A stretch of DNA of 64,000 nucleotides. Source: an uncultured Bacteroidales bacterium (lineage in GTDB: Bacteria > Bacteroidota > Bacteroidia > Bacteroidales > P3). Where the stretch lies: NCBI GenBank assembly GCA_900317955.1, contig ONIP01000012.1, positions 27,075-91,074 on the forward strand. The letters are read 5' to 3'. Under the pieces are notes generated by a model that was given only the letters and a program-made list of their open reading frames with translations, made no database searches and was not told the DNA's origin. The position numbers and the translations under genes were made by a program. Of this stretch, positions 35,641 through 47,678 are shown piece after piece. Position 1 is the stretch's first letter. The number at the start of each line of letters is the position of its first letter.

Positions 35641-36189
35641 ATGGAACAGCAGTCTAAAAAATGGTATGTCGTCAGAGCAGTGAGCGGCAAAGAGAAGAAG
35701 GCAAAGGAGTACATCGAGAGCGAGATGGCCAAACGAGGCTGGAGCGAAGATGTGCCCCAAGTTCTTATTCCTACCGAGAAGGTCTACGCAATACGCAACG
35801 GGAAAAAGGTGGTGAAAGACCGCAATTATTTCCCTGGATACGTGTTGATAGAAGCCGACCTGCGCGAAGAGATTATTCCAGTAATACAGAATGTTCCTAA
35901 TGTGTTGGACTTTTTGCGCGAGTCAGACGGCGGAAAACCTATTCCCATGCGTCAGCATGAGGTTAACCGCATCCTCGGCAAGATGGACGACCAGATAGAG
36001 GCTGTAGAAGGCAACGGTGACGCATATCTGGTTGGCGAGTCGGTCAAGGTTATTGACGGACCGTTCAGCAGTTTTGCAGGCATTGTAGAAGAGGTGAACG
36101 ACGAAAAGAAGAAATTGAAAGTTACGGTCAAAATCTTTGGTCGCAAAACTCCTCTGGAACTGAGTTACAGTCAGGTTGAAAAAGAATAG
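35641..36189 (+). CDS. nusG: Transcription termination/antitermination factor NusG
   Basis: KWYVVRAVSGKEKK (NGN domain) and the C-terminal KOW motif (VKVIDGPFSSFAGIVEEV). Confidence 0.95.
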   Translation: MEQQSKKWYVVRAVSGKEKKAKEYIESEMAKRGWSEDVPQVLIPTEKVYAIRNGKKVVKDRNYFPGYVLIEADLREEIIPVIQNVPNVLDFLRESDGGKPIPMRQHEVNRILGKMDDQIEAVEGNGDAYLVGESVKVIDGPFSSFAGIVEEVNDEKKKLKVTVKIFGRKTPLELSYSQVEKE

Positions 36190-36227
36190 TAAACTAACTA
36201 ATCAACCTATTTAAAAAATTAAACGCA

Positions 36228-36671
36228 ATGGCAAAAGAAGTTGCAGGATTGATTAAATTACAAATCAAAGGCGGCGCTGCGAACCCCGCACCTCCCGTAG
36301 GACCCGCACTGGGTGCAAAGGGCGTGAACATCATGGAGTTCTGCAAGCAGTTCAATGCCCGTACACAGGATCAGGCTGGCAAAATCGTGCCCGTCATCAT
36401 CACTGTATACTCTGACAAGTCCTTTGACTTTGTAGTGAAGACCCCTCCTGTTGCCGTACAGTTGAAGGAACTCTCCAAGGCTCAGAAAGGTTCATCCGAA
36501 CCCAACCGTGTCAAGGTAGCATCCGTCACTTGGGAACAGGTGCGTCAGATTGCAGAAGCCAAAATGCCTGACCTCAATTGCTTCACGATTGAGTCAGCAA
36601 TGAGCATGGTGGCCGGAACTGCACGCAGCATGGGTATCACTGTAAAAGGAGAGAATCCCCTTGCAAAGTAA
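36228..36671 (+). CDS. rplK: 50S ribosomal protein L11
   Basis: [34 protein letters not shown]. Confidence 0.97.
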   Translation: MAKEVAGLIKLQIKGGAANPAPPVGPALGAKGVNIMEFCKQFNARTQDQAGKIVPVIITVYSDKSFDFVVKTPPVAVQLKELSKAQKGSSEPNRVKVASVTWEQVRQIAEAKMPDLNCFTIESAMSMVAGTARSMGITVKGENPLAK

Positions 36672-36740
36672 ATTAAAGAATTATTAACACGTGGTAGCAT
36701 CGACGAAAGAGCGGTGCAGTGACCACAAAAAGTAAGAATC

Positions 36741-37436
36741 ATGGCAAAATTAACGAAGAAACAAAAAGAAGCTTTAGCCAAATTCGACAGAAACCAGGTG
36801 TACACCCTCGAGGAAGCCGTTGAGGTTGTAAAGAAAATCACCTACACGAAATTCGACGCCTCTGTTGACATCGACGTTCGTCTTGGTGTTGATCCCCGTA
36901 AGGCCAACCAGATGGTGCGCGGCAGCGTTACCCTGCCCCACGGTACCGGCAAAACCGTCCGTGTGCTCGTGCTCTGCACTCCTGACAAAGAAGAAGAGGC
37001 AAAAGCTGCCGGAGCTGATTATTACGGTCTTGATGAATACATCACCAAGATTAAAGGCGGTTGGACGGATGTAGACGTTATCATTACCATGCCCAGCGTA
37101 ATGCCTAAAGTGGGTGCTCTCGGACGCATTCTCGGTCCCCGCGGCCTGATGCCGAACCCCAAAACTGGCACTGTTACCATGGAAGTTGGCAAAGCAGTCC
37201 AGGAAGCCAAGGCCGGTAAAATCGACTTCAAAGTCGACAAATATGGTATCATCCATACCGCCGTTGCCAAGGTGTCTTTTGACAGCAACAAGATTGTTGA
37301 CAACGCCCGTGAGGTATTGCAGGCTATCATTAAACTGAAACCCGCAGCCGCAAAGGGAACCTACGTTAAGAGTATCTGCATCAGCAGCACTATGAGCGCA
37401 GGCGTAAAAGTCGACACAAAAGCCGCCACCGTGTAA
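36741..37436 (+). CDS. rplA: 50S ribosomal protein L1
   Basis: L1 signature regions ([10 protein letters not shown]..., [15 protein letters not shown]). Confidence 0.97.
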   Translation: MAKLTKKQKEALAKFDRNQVYTLEEAVEVVKKITYTKFDASVDIDVRLGVDPRKANQMVRGSVTLPHGTGKTVRVLVLCTPDKEEEAKAAGADYYGLDEYITKIKGGWTDVDVIITMPSVMPKVGALGRILGPRGLMPNPKTGTVTMEVGKAVQEAKAGKIDFKVDKYGIIHTAVAKVSFDSNKIVDNAREVLQAIIKLKPAAAKGTYVKSICISSTMSAGVKVDTKAATV

Positions 37437-37459
37437 CATTTAATTATTGAAAGGTCATT

Positions 37460-37993
37460 ATGAGAAAAGAACAAAAAGACCAACTGATTGACCAACTTTG
37501 CGAAGAGATCAAGGCTTATCCGCTTATCTATATTGCTGATATCGGAGGTCTGAACTCGGTGCTGACCAGCAAACTGCGTCGCGCTGCTTTCCGCAAGGAA
37601 GTCAAGTTGGAAGTCGTTAAAAATGCTCTTTTGATTAAGGCTATGGAACGCACGGGTATTGACTACTCAGAGCTGTTCCCCGTAATCAAGGGCGAGACCG
37701 CCATAATGCTTTCGAACACCAACAATGCTCCTGCCAAACTCATCAAAGAGTTTCGCGCAAACGAGAAAGGTGCTCAGAAACCCGTATTGAAGGGTGCCTA
37801 TGTTGAGGAATGCTTCTATGTTGGAGAACAACATCTTGACGAACTTGTCAACATCAAGTCCAAGAACGAACTCATCGCCGACATCATGGCTCTTCTCCAG
37901 TCACCAATCAAGAACGTTGTTTCACAGCTCCAGTCTGGTGCAAACACCATCACTGGTGTCCTGAAAACATTAGAGGAGAAAAAAGCTGAATAA
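37460..37993 (+). CDS. rplJ: 50S ribosomal protein L10
   Basis: Position and sequence are typical of L10 (..LRRAAFRKEVKLEVVKN.L). Confidence 0.9.
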   Translation: MRKEQKDQLIDQLCEEIKAYPLIYIADIGGLNSVLTSKLRRAAFRKEVKLEVVKNALLIKAMERTGIDYSELFPVIKGETAIMLSNTNNAPAKLIKEFRANEKGAQKPVLKGAYVEECFYVGEQHLDELVNIKSKNELIADIMALLQSPIKNVVSQLQSGANTITGVLKTLEEKKAE

Positions 37994-38071
37994 GCAAAAA
38001 CAGGGTCGGACACCCTCAACAAGTCCAAAGTAATTAACAAATTAGTAAAACAAATTAAAAACAATAAAGTC

Positions 38072-38455
38072 ATGGCAGACATCAAAGCTATTGCTGAAGA
38101 ATTAGTAAACTTAACCGTTAAAGAAGTAAAAGAACTCGCTGACGTTCTGAAAGAAGAATATGGTATTGAGCCCGCAGCTGCTGCTGTTGCAGTTGCCGCT
38201 ACTCCCGCTGCCGGCGGTGCCGCCGCTGCTGAGGAAAAGACCTCCTTCGACGTTATCCTGAAGGGTGTTCCCGACGCTACCAAGAAACTCGGCGTTGTGA
38301 AGGCTGTTAAGGACATGGCCAGCTTGGGTCTGAAAGAGTCCAAGGAACTCGTTGACAACGCTCCTAAGCCCGTTAAGGAAGGCGTGAGCAAAGACGAGGC
38401 TGAATCTCTGAAGAAAGCCCTTGAGGAGGCTGGTGCCGAAGTTGAAGTCAAATAG
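38072..38455 (+). CDS. rplL: 50S ribosomal protein L7/L12
   Basis: Ala-rich hinge [22 protein letters not shown] and the C-terminal [10 protein letters not shown]...[10 protein letters not shown]. Confidence 0.97.
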   Translation: MADIKAIAEELVNLTVKEVKELADVLKEEYGIEPAAAAVAVAATPAAGGAAAAEEKTSFDVILKGVPDATKKLGVVKAVKDMASLGLKESKELVDNAPKPVKEGVSKDEAESLKKALEEAGAEVEVK

Positions 38456-38476
38456 TTAATACTATAAGATTTCTAC

Positions 38477-38520
38477 GAGGAATAGGGCCTCCGGCATGAC
38501 CGGAGTGCCTATTCCTCTTT
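38477..38520 (+). terminator. Nested hairpin in the rplL-rpoB spacer (attenuator or partial-terminator candidate)
   Basis: A 10-bp outer helix gaggaatagg/cctattcctc and a 6-bp inner helix ctccgg/ccggag flank a 2x2 internal loop. TTT follows. A second 7-bp hairpin, gctatgc/gcatagc, lies just downstream. Confidence 0.55.
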
Positions 38521-38646
38521 GCTATGCAATTCGTTTTAATAGAGGCATAGCATGGCCATTCGGGGAACTACCATTATCTCTCCAACGGAGCAGTAACCAT
38601 CCGAAATCAATATTGTTAAGTTGAAAATTCTTAATTATTAAGTCCC

Positions 38647-41600
38647 TTGGATAACAATCAACCTATCGAACAACCCATAGCACAACCTATTGAGGTAGTA
38701 AATTTTGCATCTGTTCGCAAGTACGAATACCCTGACTTTCTCGACATACAGCTCAAGTCTTTCCAGGATTTTTTCCAGATTGAAACAAACCCTGACAACA
38801 GACTTGACGAAGGTCTATTTAAAGTATTCAAAGAAAATTTCCCCATTTCAGATGCACGGAACAATTTCACGTTAGAGTTTCTTGACTACTACATCGACCC
38901 CCCGCGCTACACCATCGAAGAGTGTATCGAGAGAGGCCTCACTTACAGCGTCCCGCTGAAAGCCAAACTGAAACTCTCGTGCAATGATCCGGAAAACGAA
39001 GATTTTCAGGCCATCGAACAGCCTGTTTACCTGGGTATGATACCCTACATGACACCCAAGGGCACTTTCGTTATCAACGGCGCCGAACGTGTAGTAGTAT
39101 CACAGTTACACCGCTCACCTGGCGTGTTTTTCGGCACTCAATTCCACTCCAATGGTACTCAGCTCTATTCAGCACGTATCATTCCTTTCAAAGGCTCTTG
39201 GATGGAATTCACTACGGACATCAACAACGTGATGTACGCCTATATCGACCGTAAAAAGAAACTCCCCATCACAACCCTCCTCCGTGCTGTGGGTTTCGAA
39301 ACGGATAAAGACATTCTGGACATTTTCTCCTTGGCCGAAGAGGTGAAAGTCTCCAAATCGAACCTTAAAAAGGTTATCGGCAAGCAACTCGCAGCCCGTG
39401 TGGTCGACACATGGACTGAGGACTTCGTCGACGAAGATACCGGTGAAGTCGTATCTATGGAACGTACCGAAGTGGTAATCGAACGCGACAAAGAGCTTAC
39501 CGAAGAAGACATTGAAAAAATCCTGGAACTCGATGTCAAAACTATTCTCGTAAAAGTCGAGGATCACGACGGCATCGACTATTCAGTCATCTATAACACC
39601 CTCAAGAAAGACACTTCCAACAACTCGAAAGAAGCAGTAGAATACATCTACCGCCAACTCCGCAACGCCGAACCCCCAGACGAGGAAACAGCCCGCGGAA
39701 TTATCGAGAAACTCTTCTTCTCTGACAAACGCTACGACCTCGGTGAGGTTGGCCGCTACCGTATCAACACCAAACTGAACCTGAACATCCCCGATACCGT
39801 TCGTGTCCTTACCCAAACCGACATCACCTCAATCATCAAATATTTAATCCAGCTCATCAACCAGAAAGCCGACGTAGACGATATCGACCACTTGTCAAAC
39901 CGTCGTGTTCGTACCGCTGGTGAACAGCTCTACAACCAATTCGGCGTTGGCCTCGCTCGTATGTCCCGCACAATTCGTGAACGCATGAATGTCCGCGATA
40001 ACGAGGTTTTCACTCCGACAGAACTTATCAACGCCAAGACCCTATCATCGGTCATCAATTCATTCTTCGGCACCAACCAGCTGTCCCAATTCATGGACCA
40101 GACCAACCCGCTTGCCGAAGTAACGCATAAACGCCGTATCTCGGCTCTCGGTCCCGGAGGTCTTTCCCGCGAACGTGCTGGTTTCGAAGTCCGCGACGTA
40201 CACTACACTCACTACGGACGCCTCTGTACCATTGAAACCCCTGAAGGCCCCAACATCGGTCTTATCTCCTCACTCTGCGTATATGCAAAAATCAACAACC
40301 TCGGATTCATCGAGACTCCCTACCGTCGCGTAGTCAACGGTAAAGTAATGCTCGACGAAGAACCCACTTACTATACCGCTGAACTCGAAGAGAACAAAAC
40401 CGTTGCCCAGGCAACAACTCCTCAGGACGAAGAAGGAAACATCCTTGCTCAGAGAATCAAAGCCCGTCGCCAGGCCGACTTCCCCATCGTCTCACCCGAA
40501 GAGATCGACCTCATCGACATGGGTTCCAACCAGATTGCCTCCATCGCCGCATCCTTGATTCCCTTCCTCGAACACGACGATGCTAACCGCGCACTGATGG
40601 GCTCCAACATGATGCGCCAAGCTGTTCCTCTGCTCAATCCTGAAATACCTATCGTAGGAACCGGTATTGAGAAATCCGTGGCTGAAGACAGCCGCGTCCT
40701 TCTCAATGCACTTGGCGACGGTGTTGTCGAATATGTCGACTCCACCAAAATCGTCATCCGCCACAACCGTACAGAAAAAGAACGCCTCGTCTCCTTCGAC
40801 GAAGACGTACGCGAATACAAACTTACCCGCTATCAACGCACCAACCACTCAACTTCTATCAATCTGCGCCCCATCGTCAAAAAAGGCGACAAAGTCAAAA
40901 AAGGCCAAGTCCTTTGCGAAGGCTATGCCACCCAAGGCGGTGAACTGGCACTGGGCCGCAACCTGAAAGTGGCCTTCATGCCTTGGAAAGGATACAACTT
41001 CGAGGACGCTGTGGTTATCTCCGAGCGAGTTGTACGCGAAGACATCTTCACCTCTGTCCACGTTGAAGAATACACTCTCGAAGTTCGCGAAACCAAACGT
41101 GGCCTTGAGGAACTCACTCGCGACATCCCCAATGTCAGCAACGACGCCACCAAAGACCTCGACGAAAACGGTATCATCCGCATCGGAGCCGAAGTCAAAG
41201 AAGGCGACATCCTTATCGGTAAAATCACCCCCAAGGGCGAATCCGACCCCTCTCCCGAAGAGAAACTGCTCCGCGCCATCTTCGGCGACAAAGCCGGCGA
41301 CGTCAAAGACGCCTCCCTCAAAGTCCCGCCTTCGGTACGCGGCGTAGTCATCGACAAGAAACTCTTTGCCCGCATCATCCGCGACCGCAAACAACGCGCC
41401 AAGGAAAAAGAGCTCCTTGCCAAACCTGAGGAAGAATACAACCACGAACTGGCTGAACTCAAGGAAAAACTCGTCGACCGACTTCTTATCATCCTGGCCG
41501 GCAAAACCTCCAACGGAGTCTACACCAGCCACAAAGAAGAGCTCATCCCCAAAAAGGTCAAATTCACCTCGAAAGCACTCAACGCTATCGACTACAATGA

Positions 41601-42477
41601 GGTCAGCCCCAATAAGTGGACCTCTGATCCTGAAACCAACGACCTTATCAAGGATCTCCTCAACAACTACAACATCAAGAACCGCGAAATCAACGGTCGC
41701 TTCACCCGTAAGAAATTCGCTCTCACCGTCGGTGACGACCTCCCGAGCGGAATCGTCCAGATGGCCAAAGTCTACATCGCCATGAAGCGCAAACTGCGCA
41801 TCGGTGACAAGATGGCCGGTCGCCACGGTAACAAAGGTATCGTGTCCAAGATTGTACGTGCCGAAGACATGCCTTTCCTCGCCGACGGCACACCTGTCGA
41901 CATCGTCCTGAACCCCCTCGGCGTTCCTTCGCGAATGAACCTTGGCCAGATTTACGAGACTGTGCTGGGTTGGGCAGGCAAAGAACTCAACAAACGTTTC
42001 AAGACCCCGATTTTCGACGGTGCCACACTCGAGCAAATTAACGGTTACATGCGCGAAGCAGGCCTTCCCGAAAACGGTCGCACCTACCTCTACGACGGCG
42101 AAACTGGCGAACGCTTCGACCAACCCGCTACCGTAGGCTACATCTACATGCTCAAGCTGCACCACATGATCGACGACAAGATGCATGCCCGTAGCATCGG
42201 ACCTTACTCCCTCATCACCCAGCAGCCCCTTGGCGGTAAAGCCAACTTCGGTGGTCAGCGTTTCGGTGAGATGGAAGTCTGGGCTCTCGAAGCCTTCGGT
42301 GCCTCGCACGTCCTGCAGGAAGTCCTCACCGTCAAATCCGACGACGTCATGGGCCGTGCCAAAGCTTACGAATCCATCGTCAAAGGCGACAACATGCCCG
42401 TTCCTGGCATCCCCGAGTCGTTCAACGTCCTTGTCCACGAACTCCGTGGCTTAGGCTTAGAGGTAACATTTGATTAA
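38647..42477 (+). CDS. rpoB: DNA-directed RNA polymerase subunit beta
   Basis: Conserved along the full length. TTG is the only plausible start upstream of the conserved VNFAS...YPDFL..QL.SF block. Confidence 0.97.
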   Translation: MDNNQPIEQPIAQPIEVVNFASVRKYEYPDFLDIQLKSFQDFFQIETNPDNRLDEGLFKVFKENFPISDARNNFTLEFLDYYIDPPRYTIEECIERGLTYSVPLKAKLKLSCNDPENEDFQAIEQPVYLGMIPYMTPKGTFVINGAERVVVSQLHRSPGVFFGTQFHSNGTQLYSARIIPFKGSWMEFTTDINNVMYAYIDRKKKLPITTLLRAVGFETDKDILDIFSLAEEVKVSKSNLKKVIGKQLAARVVDTWTEDFVDEDTGEVVSMERTEVVIERDKELTEEDIEKILELDVKTILVKVEDHDGIDYSVIYNTLKKDTSNNSKEAVEYIYRQLRNAEPPDEETARGIIEKLFFSDKRYDLGEVGRYRINTKLNLNIPDTVRVLTQTDITSIIKYLIQLINQKADVDDIDHLSNRRVRTAGEQLYNQFGVGLARMSRTIRERMNVRDNEVFTPTELINAKTLSSVINSFFGTNQLSQFMDQTNPLAEVTHKRRISALGPGGLSRERAGFEVRDVHYTHYGRLCTIETPEGPNIGLISSLCVYAKINNLGFIETPYRRVVNGKVMLDEEPTYYTAELEENKTVAQATTPQDEEGNILAQRIKARRQADFPIVSPEEIDLIDMGSNQIASIAASLIPFLEHDDANRALMGSNMMRQAVPLLNPEIPIVGTGIEKSVAEDSRVLLNALGDGVVEYVDSTKIVIRHNRTEKERLVSFDEDVREYKLTRYQRTNHSTSINLRPIVKKGDKVKKGQVLCEGYATQGGELALGRNLKVAFMPWKGYNFEDAVVISERVVREDIFTSVHVEEYTLEVRETKRGLEELTRDIPNVSNDATKDLDENGIIRIGAEVKEGDILIGKITPKGESDPSPEEKLLRAIFGDKAGDVKDASLKVPPSVRGVVIDKKLFARIIRDRKQRAKEKELLAKPEEEYNHELAELKEKLVDRLLIILAGKTSNGVYTSHKEELIPKKVKFTSKALNAIDYNEVSPNKWTSDPETNDLIKDLLNNYNIKNREINGRFTRKKFALTVGDDLPSGIVQMAKVYIAMKRKLRIGDKMAGRHGNKGIVSKIVRAEDMPFLADGTPVDIVLNPLGVPSRMNLGQIYETVLGWAGKELNKRFKTPIFDGATLEQINGYMREAGLPENGRTYLYDGETGERFDQPATVGYIYMLKLHHMIDDKMHARSIGPYSLITQQPLGGKANFGGQRFGEMEVWALEAFGASHVLQEVLTVKSDDVMGRAKAYESIVKGDNMPVPGIPESFNVLVHELRGLGLEVTFD

Positions 42478-42539
42478 TTCTGAATTAAGACCAACCCCAA
42501 TAAACAAAACAGTCTTAATTCTTAATTCATACAACAAAG

Positions 42540-45500
42540 ATGGCTTTTAAACAAGAATCACAATTAAAGAATGATTTCAATTCGATAACCGTCAGTTTGG
42601 CATCGCCCGAGTCTATCAAAAAACGCTCCTACGGCGAAGTCACCAAACCCGAGACTATCAACTATCGCACATACAAGCCTGAGCGCGACGGCCTCTTCTG
42701 CGAGAAGATTTTCGGCCCCACTCGCGACTGGGAGTGCCATTGCGGCAAATACAAACGCATTCGCTACAAAGGCATCGTCTGCGACCGCTGCGGCGTCGAA
42801 GTCACGGAGAAAAAAGTCCGCCGCGAACGCATGGGTCATATCGAACTCACCGTCCCCGTTGCACACATCTGGTTCTTCCGTTCTCTCCCCAACAAAATCG
42901 GTACCCTCCTCGATATCCCCAGCAAAAAACTTGAGCAGGTAATCTACTACGAAAAATACATCGTCCTCCAGCCCGGCAAAGCCACCCTCAACGAAATGCC
43001 CGTCAAGAAACTTGACCTCCTCGCCGAGGAAGAGTACTATGCCATCATGGAAAACCTTCCCGAAGGCAACGACCAACTGGACGACAGCGACCCCAACAAA
43101 TTTATCGTCGGCATGGGTTCCGAAGCCCTCTACAAACTGCTTTGCGACCTTGACCTCGACAAAATCAGCTTCGAACTCCGCGACCGCGCCTCCAAGGAAT
43201 CCTCCAACCAGCGCAAACAAGACGCTCTCAAGCGCCTCAACATCGTCGAAGCTTTCCGTGAAAGCCGTAAGCGTATGCTCGCCCGCGGCATGGACAACCG
43301 TCCTGAATGGATGATTATGACCATCATTCCCGTCATTCCTCCCGACCTCCGTCCCCTCGTGCCGCTCGATGGCGGCCGTTTCGCCACCTCCGACATCAAC
43401 GAGCTCTACCGCCGCGTCATCATCCGCAACAACCGACTCAAACGCCTTTTCGAAATCAAGGCTCCCGAAGTCATCATGCGCAACGAAAAACGCATGCTTC
43501 AGGAATCCGTCGACTCACTCCTCGACAACAGCCGCAAAGTCTCCAGCGTCAAATCCGACAGCAACCGCTCCCTCAAATCCCTCTCCGACTCCCTCAAGGG
43601 CAAACAAGGCCGCTTCCGTCAGAACCTTCTCGGTAAACGTGTCGACTACTCTGGACGTTCCGTCATCGTCGTGGGTCCCGAACTCAAAATGCACGAGTGC
43701 GGTCTTCCCAAAGACATGGCCAGCGAACTCTTTAAACCATTCATTATCCGCAAACTTCTCGAGCGCGGGCTTGTCAAAACCGTCAAATCCGCCAAACGCG
43801 TCGTCGATCGCAAAGACCCCGTCGTGTGGGAAATCCTCGAAAACATACTCAAAGGCCATCCCATCATGCTCAACCGTGCTCCAACCCTGCACCGTTTGGG
43901 TATCCAGGCCTTCCAGCCAAAACTCGTTGAGGGTAAAGCCATCCGTCTGCACCCCCTCGTTTGTACCGGATTCAACGCTGACTTCGACGGTGACCAGATG
44001 GCCGTCCACGTCCCCCTGGGCAACGCCGCCATTCTCGAGGCACAGCTCCTCATGCTCTCCACCCACAACATCCTCAACCCCGCTAACGGTGCTCCTATCA
44101 CCGTCCCCTCGCAGGACATGGTCCTTGGTCTCTACTACATGACCAAGCCCCGCGTCAGCACCGACAAAGAAAAAGTCCTTGGCGAAGGCTACCGCTTCTA
44201 CTCACCTGAGGAAGTCATCATCGCCTACAACGAAAAACGCGTCTCCCTCAACGCCTGCATCAGCGTCCGCATCGACGCCGAAGGCCGCGACGAATTCAAA
44301 TTCATCAAAACCGACAAAACATTCCTCGAGGTCATCAAAGACCGCGACGGTAATATCCTCACCGACATCGACTGCTCCACTCCTGCTGAAATAGCCGAGC
44401 GTAGCCGTACAGAATACGAAATCAAACGCGACAACCAAGGCTTCCCCATCGTCGACGCCAAAGGCCACTACATCAAAACCGATCGCATCCGCACCACCGT
44501 CGGACGCGTCATCTTCAACGAAGTCGTACCCAAAGAATACGGCTACGTCAACATGGTTCTTGGCAAGAAATCCCTCCGCGACATCATCGGCGACCTCTTC
44601 ACCGCTTGCGGTAATGCTGCCACCGCCAACTTCCTCGACGACATCAAGAACATGGGCTATCGCCAAGCCTTCCGCGGCGGCCTCTCTTTCAATCTGGGCG
44701 ACGTTATCATCCCCAACGAGAAAGAGGAACTCATCGAAAAAGCCAACGAAGAAGTCGAAGAAGTCCTTGGCCAATACTCCATGGGTCTTATCACCAACAA
44801 CGAACGCTACAACCACGTCATCGACATCTGGACCACTACCAACAACCGCCTCACCGAAACCCTCATGAAACAACTCAAAGCCGACAACCAAGGCTTCAAC
44901 CCCATCTACATGATGTACGATTCCGGTGCCCGTGGTAGTAAAGAACAGATTCGTCAGCTCTCCGGTATGCGCGGACTGATGGCAAAACCTCAGAAAGCTG
45001 GTGCTGCCGGCAACGAAATCATCGAGAACCCCATTATCTCCAACTTTAAAGAAGGCCTCTCCGTGCTTGAGTACTTCATCTCTACCCATGGTGCTCGTAA
45101 AGGTCTTGCCGATACCGCTCTTAAAACTGCTGACGCTGGTTACCTCACCCGTCGTCTCGTCGACGTGGCCCACGACGTCATCATTACCACCGAAGACTGC
45201 GGTACCCTCCGCGGACTGCCCACCACAGCCCTCAAGAAAGGTGAAGACATCGTCGTCTCCCTTGGTGAAAAACTGCTCGGTCGTACCTCCGTCCACGACA
45301 TCTACCACCCCCACACTGGCGAACTCATCGTCAGTGCTGGCGAAGAACTCACCGAAGACATCTGCAAGATTATCGACGAATCACCCATCGAGGAAGTCGA
45401 AATCCGTTCCGTACTCACCTGCGAAGCCAAACACGGCGTCTGCGCCAAGTGCTACGGCCGCAACCTTGCCACCGGCAAGATGGTTCAAAAGGGCGAATCG

Positions 45501-47009
45501 GTCGGCGTCATCGCTGCACAGGCTATCGGTGAACCTGGTACACAGCTTACCCTCCGTACCTTCCACGTCGGTGGTGTTGCTGGTGGTAACATCGGTACCA
45601 ACTCCAGCCTCTCCGCCAAATACGAAGGCCGCCTCGAAATTGACGAACTACGCGCCATCCCCTATACCGACGACGAAAACCACGAATACCAAATCGTCAT
45701 TGGTCGTTCTGCCGAAATGCGCATCGTAGACGAAAACACCAACGTCACACTCTTCTCCGCACTCCTCCCCTACGGTTCCAAACTTTACAAACAAGCCGGC
45801 GACCACCTCGCCAAGAACGACTTTATCGCCGAGTGGGATCCTTACAATGCCGTCATCATTTCCGATGTTGCCGGTCGCGTATCCTTCGAGAACGTAATCG
45901 AAAACGTCACCTACCGTGTTGAGAGCGACGCCCAGACTGGCCTTCAGGACAAAGTCATCATCGAGAGCCGTCAGCGTACCAAGAACCCCACCCTCAACAT
46001 CGTCGATGACGAAGGCAACGTCCTCAAAGTTTACGACCTTCCCGTCGGTGCACACATCGGTGTCGACCAAGGTCAGAAACTCCGCGCTGGTGACATCATG
46101 GTCAAAATCCCGCGCAGCTTCGGTAAAGCAGGCGATATCACCGGCGGTCTTCCCCGTGTCACCGAACTCTTCGAGGCACGCAACCCCTCCGACCCTGCCA
46201 TCGTTGCCGAAATCGACGGTATCGTCACCATCGACAAGAAACTCAAGCGCAACAACCGTCAAATCACCATCACCAGCAAAACCGGCGAACAACGCACCTA
46301 TCTCATCCCCACTTCCAAGCAGATTCTTGCTCAGGACAGCGACTACGTCAAAGCCGGCACACCTCTCTCCGACGGTGCCATTACCCCGGCCGACATCCTC
46401 GCCATCAAGGGACCGATGAAAGTTCAGGAATACATCGTCAACGAAGTGCAAGAAGTCTACCGTCTCCAGGGCGTTAAAATCAACGATAAACACTTCGAAG
46501 TAATCGTTCGCCAGATGATGCGCAAAGTCGAAATCGAAGACCCGGGCGATACCCGCTACCTCGAAGGCGAACTCATCAACAAGATCGACTTCCACGAAAC
46601 CAACGATCAAATCTTCGGCATGAAAGTAGTCGAAGACAAAGGCGACAGCGAGAACATCCAGAACGGCCAGATTATCTCCGCCCGCGCCCTGCGCGACGAG
46701 AACTCCATCCTCCGCCGTGCCGACAAGAAACTCATCACTGTCCGCGACGCACGTCCTGCCACAGCAAAACAAATCCTGCAAGGCATCACCCGCGCTTCGC
46801 TGCAAACCAAGAGCTTCATCTCCGCTGCATCCTTCCAGGAAACCACCAAAGTCCTCACCGAGGCCGCCATCAACGCTCGTCAGGACTTCCTCGAGGGCAT
46901 GAAAGAAAACGTCATCGTCGGTCACCTCATCCCCGCAGGTACTGGCCTTCGCGAATACCTCAACCTCATCGTTGGCAACAAAGAAGAACTCGAAAGAGCT
47001 AACAACTAA
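42540..47009 (+). CDS. rpoC: DNA-directed RNA polymerase subunit beta'
   Basis: Zn-finger [23 protein letters not shown], the catalytic [12 protein letters not shown] and trigger-loop regions. Confidence 0.98.
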   Translation: MAFKQESQLKNDFNSITVSLASPESIKKRSYGEVTKPETINYRTYKPERDGLFCEKIFGPTRDWECHCGKYKRIRYKGIVCDRCGVEVTEKKVRRERMGHIELTVPVAHIWFFRSLPNKIGTLLDIPSKKLEQVIYYEKYIVLQPGKATLNEMPVKKLDLLAEEEYYAIMENLPEGNDQLDDSDPNKFIVGMGSEALYKLLCDLDLDKISFELRDRASKESSNQRKQDALKRLNIVEAFRESRKRMLARGMDNRPEWMIMTIIPVIPPDLRPLVPLDGGRFATSDINELYRRVIIRNNRLKRLFEIKAPEVIMRNEKRMLQESVDSLLDNSRKVSSVKSDSNRSLKSLSDSLKGKQGRFRQNLLGKRVDYSGRSVIVVGPELKMHECGLPKDMASELFKPFIIRKLLERGLVKTVKSAKRVVDRKDPVVWEILENILKGHPIMLNRAPTLHRLGIQAFQPKLVEGKAIRLHPLVCTGFNADFDGDQMAVHVPLGNAAILEAQLLMLSTHNILNPANGAPITVPSQDMVLGLYYMTKPRVSTDKEKVLGEGYRFYSPEEVIIAYNEKRVSLNACISVRIDAEGRDEFKFIKTDKTFLEVIKDRDGNILTDIDCSTPAEIAERSRTEYEIKRDNQGFPIVDAKGHYIKTDRIRTTVGRVIFNEVVPKEYGYVNMVLGKKSLRDIIGDLFTACGNAATANFLDDIKNMGYRQAFRGGLSFNLGDVIIPNEKEELIEKANEEVEEVLGQYSMGLITNNERYNHVIDIWTTTNNRLTETLMKQLKADNQGFNPIYMMYDSGARGSKEQIRQLSGMRGLMAKPQKAGAAGNEIIENPIISNFKEGLSVLEYFISTHGARKGLADTALKTADAGYLTRRLVDVAHDVIITTEDCGTLRGLPTTALKKGEDIVVSLGEKLLGRTSVHDIYHPHTGELIVSAGEELTEDICKIIDESPIEEVEIRSVLTCEAKHGVCAKCYGRNLATGKMVQKGESVGVIAAQAIGEPGTQLTLRTFHVGGVAGGNIGTNSSLSAKYEGRLEIDELRAIPYTDDENHEYQIVIGRSAEMRIVDENTNVTLFSALLPYGSKLYKQAGDHLAKNDFIAEWDPYNAVIISDVAGRVSFENVIENVTYRVESDAQTGLQDKVIIESRQRTKNPTLNIVDDEGNVLKVYDLPVGAHIGVDQGQKLRAGDIMVKIPRSFGKAGDITGGLPRVTELFEARNPSDPAIVAEIDGIVTIDKKLKRNNRQITITSKTGEQRTYLIPTSKQILAQDSDYVKAGTPLSDGAITPADILAIKGPMKVQEYIVNEVQEVYRLQGVKINDKHFEVIVRQMMRKVEIEDPGDTRYLEGELINKIDFHETNDQIFGMKVVEDKGDSENIQNGQIISARALRDENSILRRADKKLITVRDARPATAKQILQGITRASLQTKSFISAASFQETTKVLTEAAINARQDFLEGMKENVIVGHLIPAGTGLREYLNLIVGNKEELERANN

Positions 47010-47021
47010 ACAACAAACAAC

Positions 47022-47345
47022 ATGTCCAACAACCGCAACACACCCAACCAGCAGGATCTCAAGCTCGACGTCTCGTCTGAGGTCGCCAACGGAACCTACA
47101 GCAACTTGGCTATCATCTCCCATAGCCCCAGCGAAATCATTCTCGACTTCGCCCAAATGCTTCCCGGCACCCCCAACGCAACTATCCGTTCACGCGTCAT
47201 CATGAACCCCATGCACGCCAAACGCCTGTTGGCTGCACTCAACGACAACCTCCAAAAGTACGAGAGCAACTTCGGTCCCATTGTCGACCCTCAGCAGACA
47301 AGAAACACCGATACCGTACCGTACGACATCCTCGGCAAAGCCTGA
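47022..47345 (+). CDS. DUF3467-family small protein
   Basis: ...GTYSNLAIISHSPSEIILDF...R.RVIMNP.HAKRLL.AL... It follows rpoC as is usual in Bacteroidota. The family name is from memory. Confidence 0.7.
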   Translation: MSNNRNTPNQQDLKLDVSSEVANGTYSNLAIISHSPSEIILDFAQMLPGTPNATIRSRVIMNPMHAKRLLAALNDNLQKYESNFGPIVDPQQTRNTDTVPYDILGKA

Positions 47346-47368
47346 TCGGCATAGCCAAAATACCACCT

Positions 47369-47403
47369 AAAAGCCACGGCAACACAAAGCCGTGGCTTTT
47401 TTT
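47369..47403 (+). terminator. Rho-independent terminator of the rpoBC unit
   Basis: agccacggc/gccgtggct form a 9-bp stem with an 8-nt loop, flanked by AAA and TTTTTTT. Confidence 0.85.
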
Positions 47404-47652
47404 ATGCTGTAAACTAACAAGCAGCATCGACATCCACACAAACAATTTTTCTAAAAACCCCAAAAAAAACAAAAAGAAGCCTTTTATAGGGTAGTTATAA
47501 TTAGTTAAACAACACCGATAGAAACAAAACTATTTAAAAAAAACGTGACAAGAAACAAAGATATTAAACTGAAAAAAAGCAACATAGCAAGAAACCGAAT
47601 TAACAATAATATAATTATCAGAAAAAAAAATTGGAGAGTTAAAAAAAATTAG

Positions 47653-47660
47653 TATTTTTG
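47653..47660 (+). promoter_or_regulatory. -7 box TATTTTTG for the AraC-family gene
   Basis: ttagTATTTTTGcattc ends 19 nt before the ATG at 47679. The upstream region is A-rich. Confidence 0.55.
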
Positions 47661-47678
47661 CATTCAAAAGACAAAACT

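Noticed and set aside
40849-42438. A 529-aa ORF antisense to rpoB. Other long antisense ORFs are similar: 44202-45314 and 45648-47156 (rpoC), 23432-24523 (lptD-like), 55060-56154 (recA), 52341-53468 (sbcD), 30152-31129 (rseP), 28945-29841 (xerC-like), 57177-58034 (RSH), 21677-22642 (amidase), 59957-60883 and 26842-27531.
   Set aside because: All of them lie opposite genes with unmistakable conserved products. Their translations are low-complexity (Val/Gly/Asp/Phe/Ala-rich or Arg/His/Leu-rich), as expected from reverse-reading C-ending codons. The strong codon bias avoids TTA/CTA/TCA, which removes stops from the antisense frame. No promoter box or family motif supports any of them.
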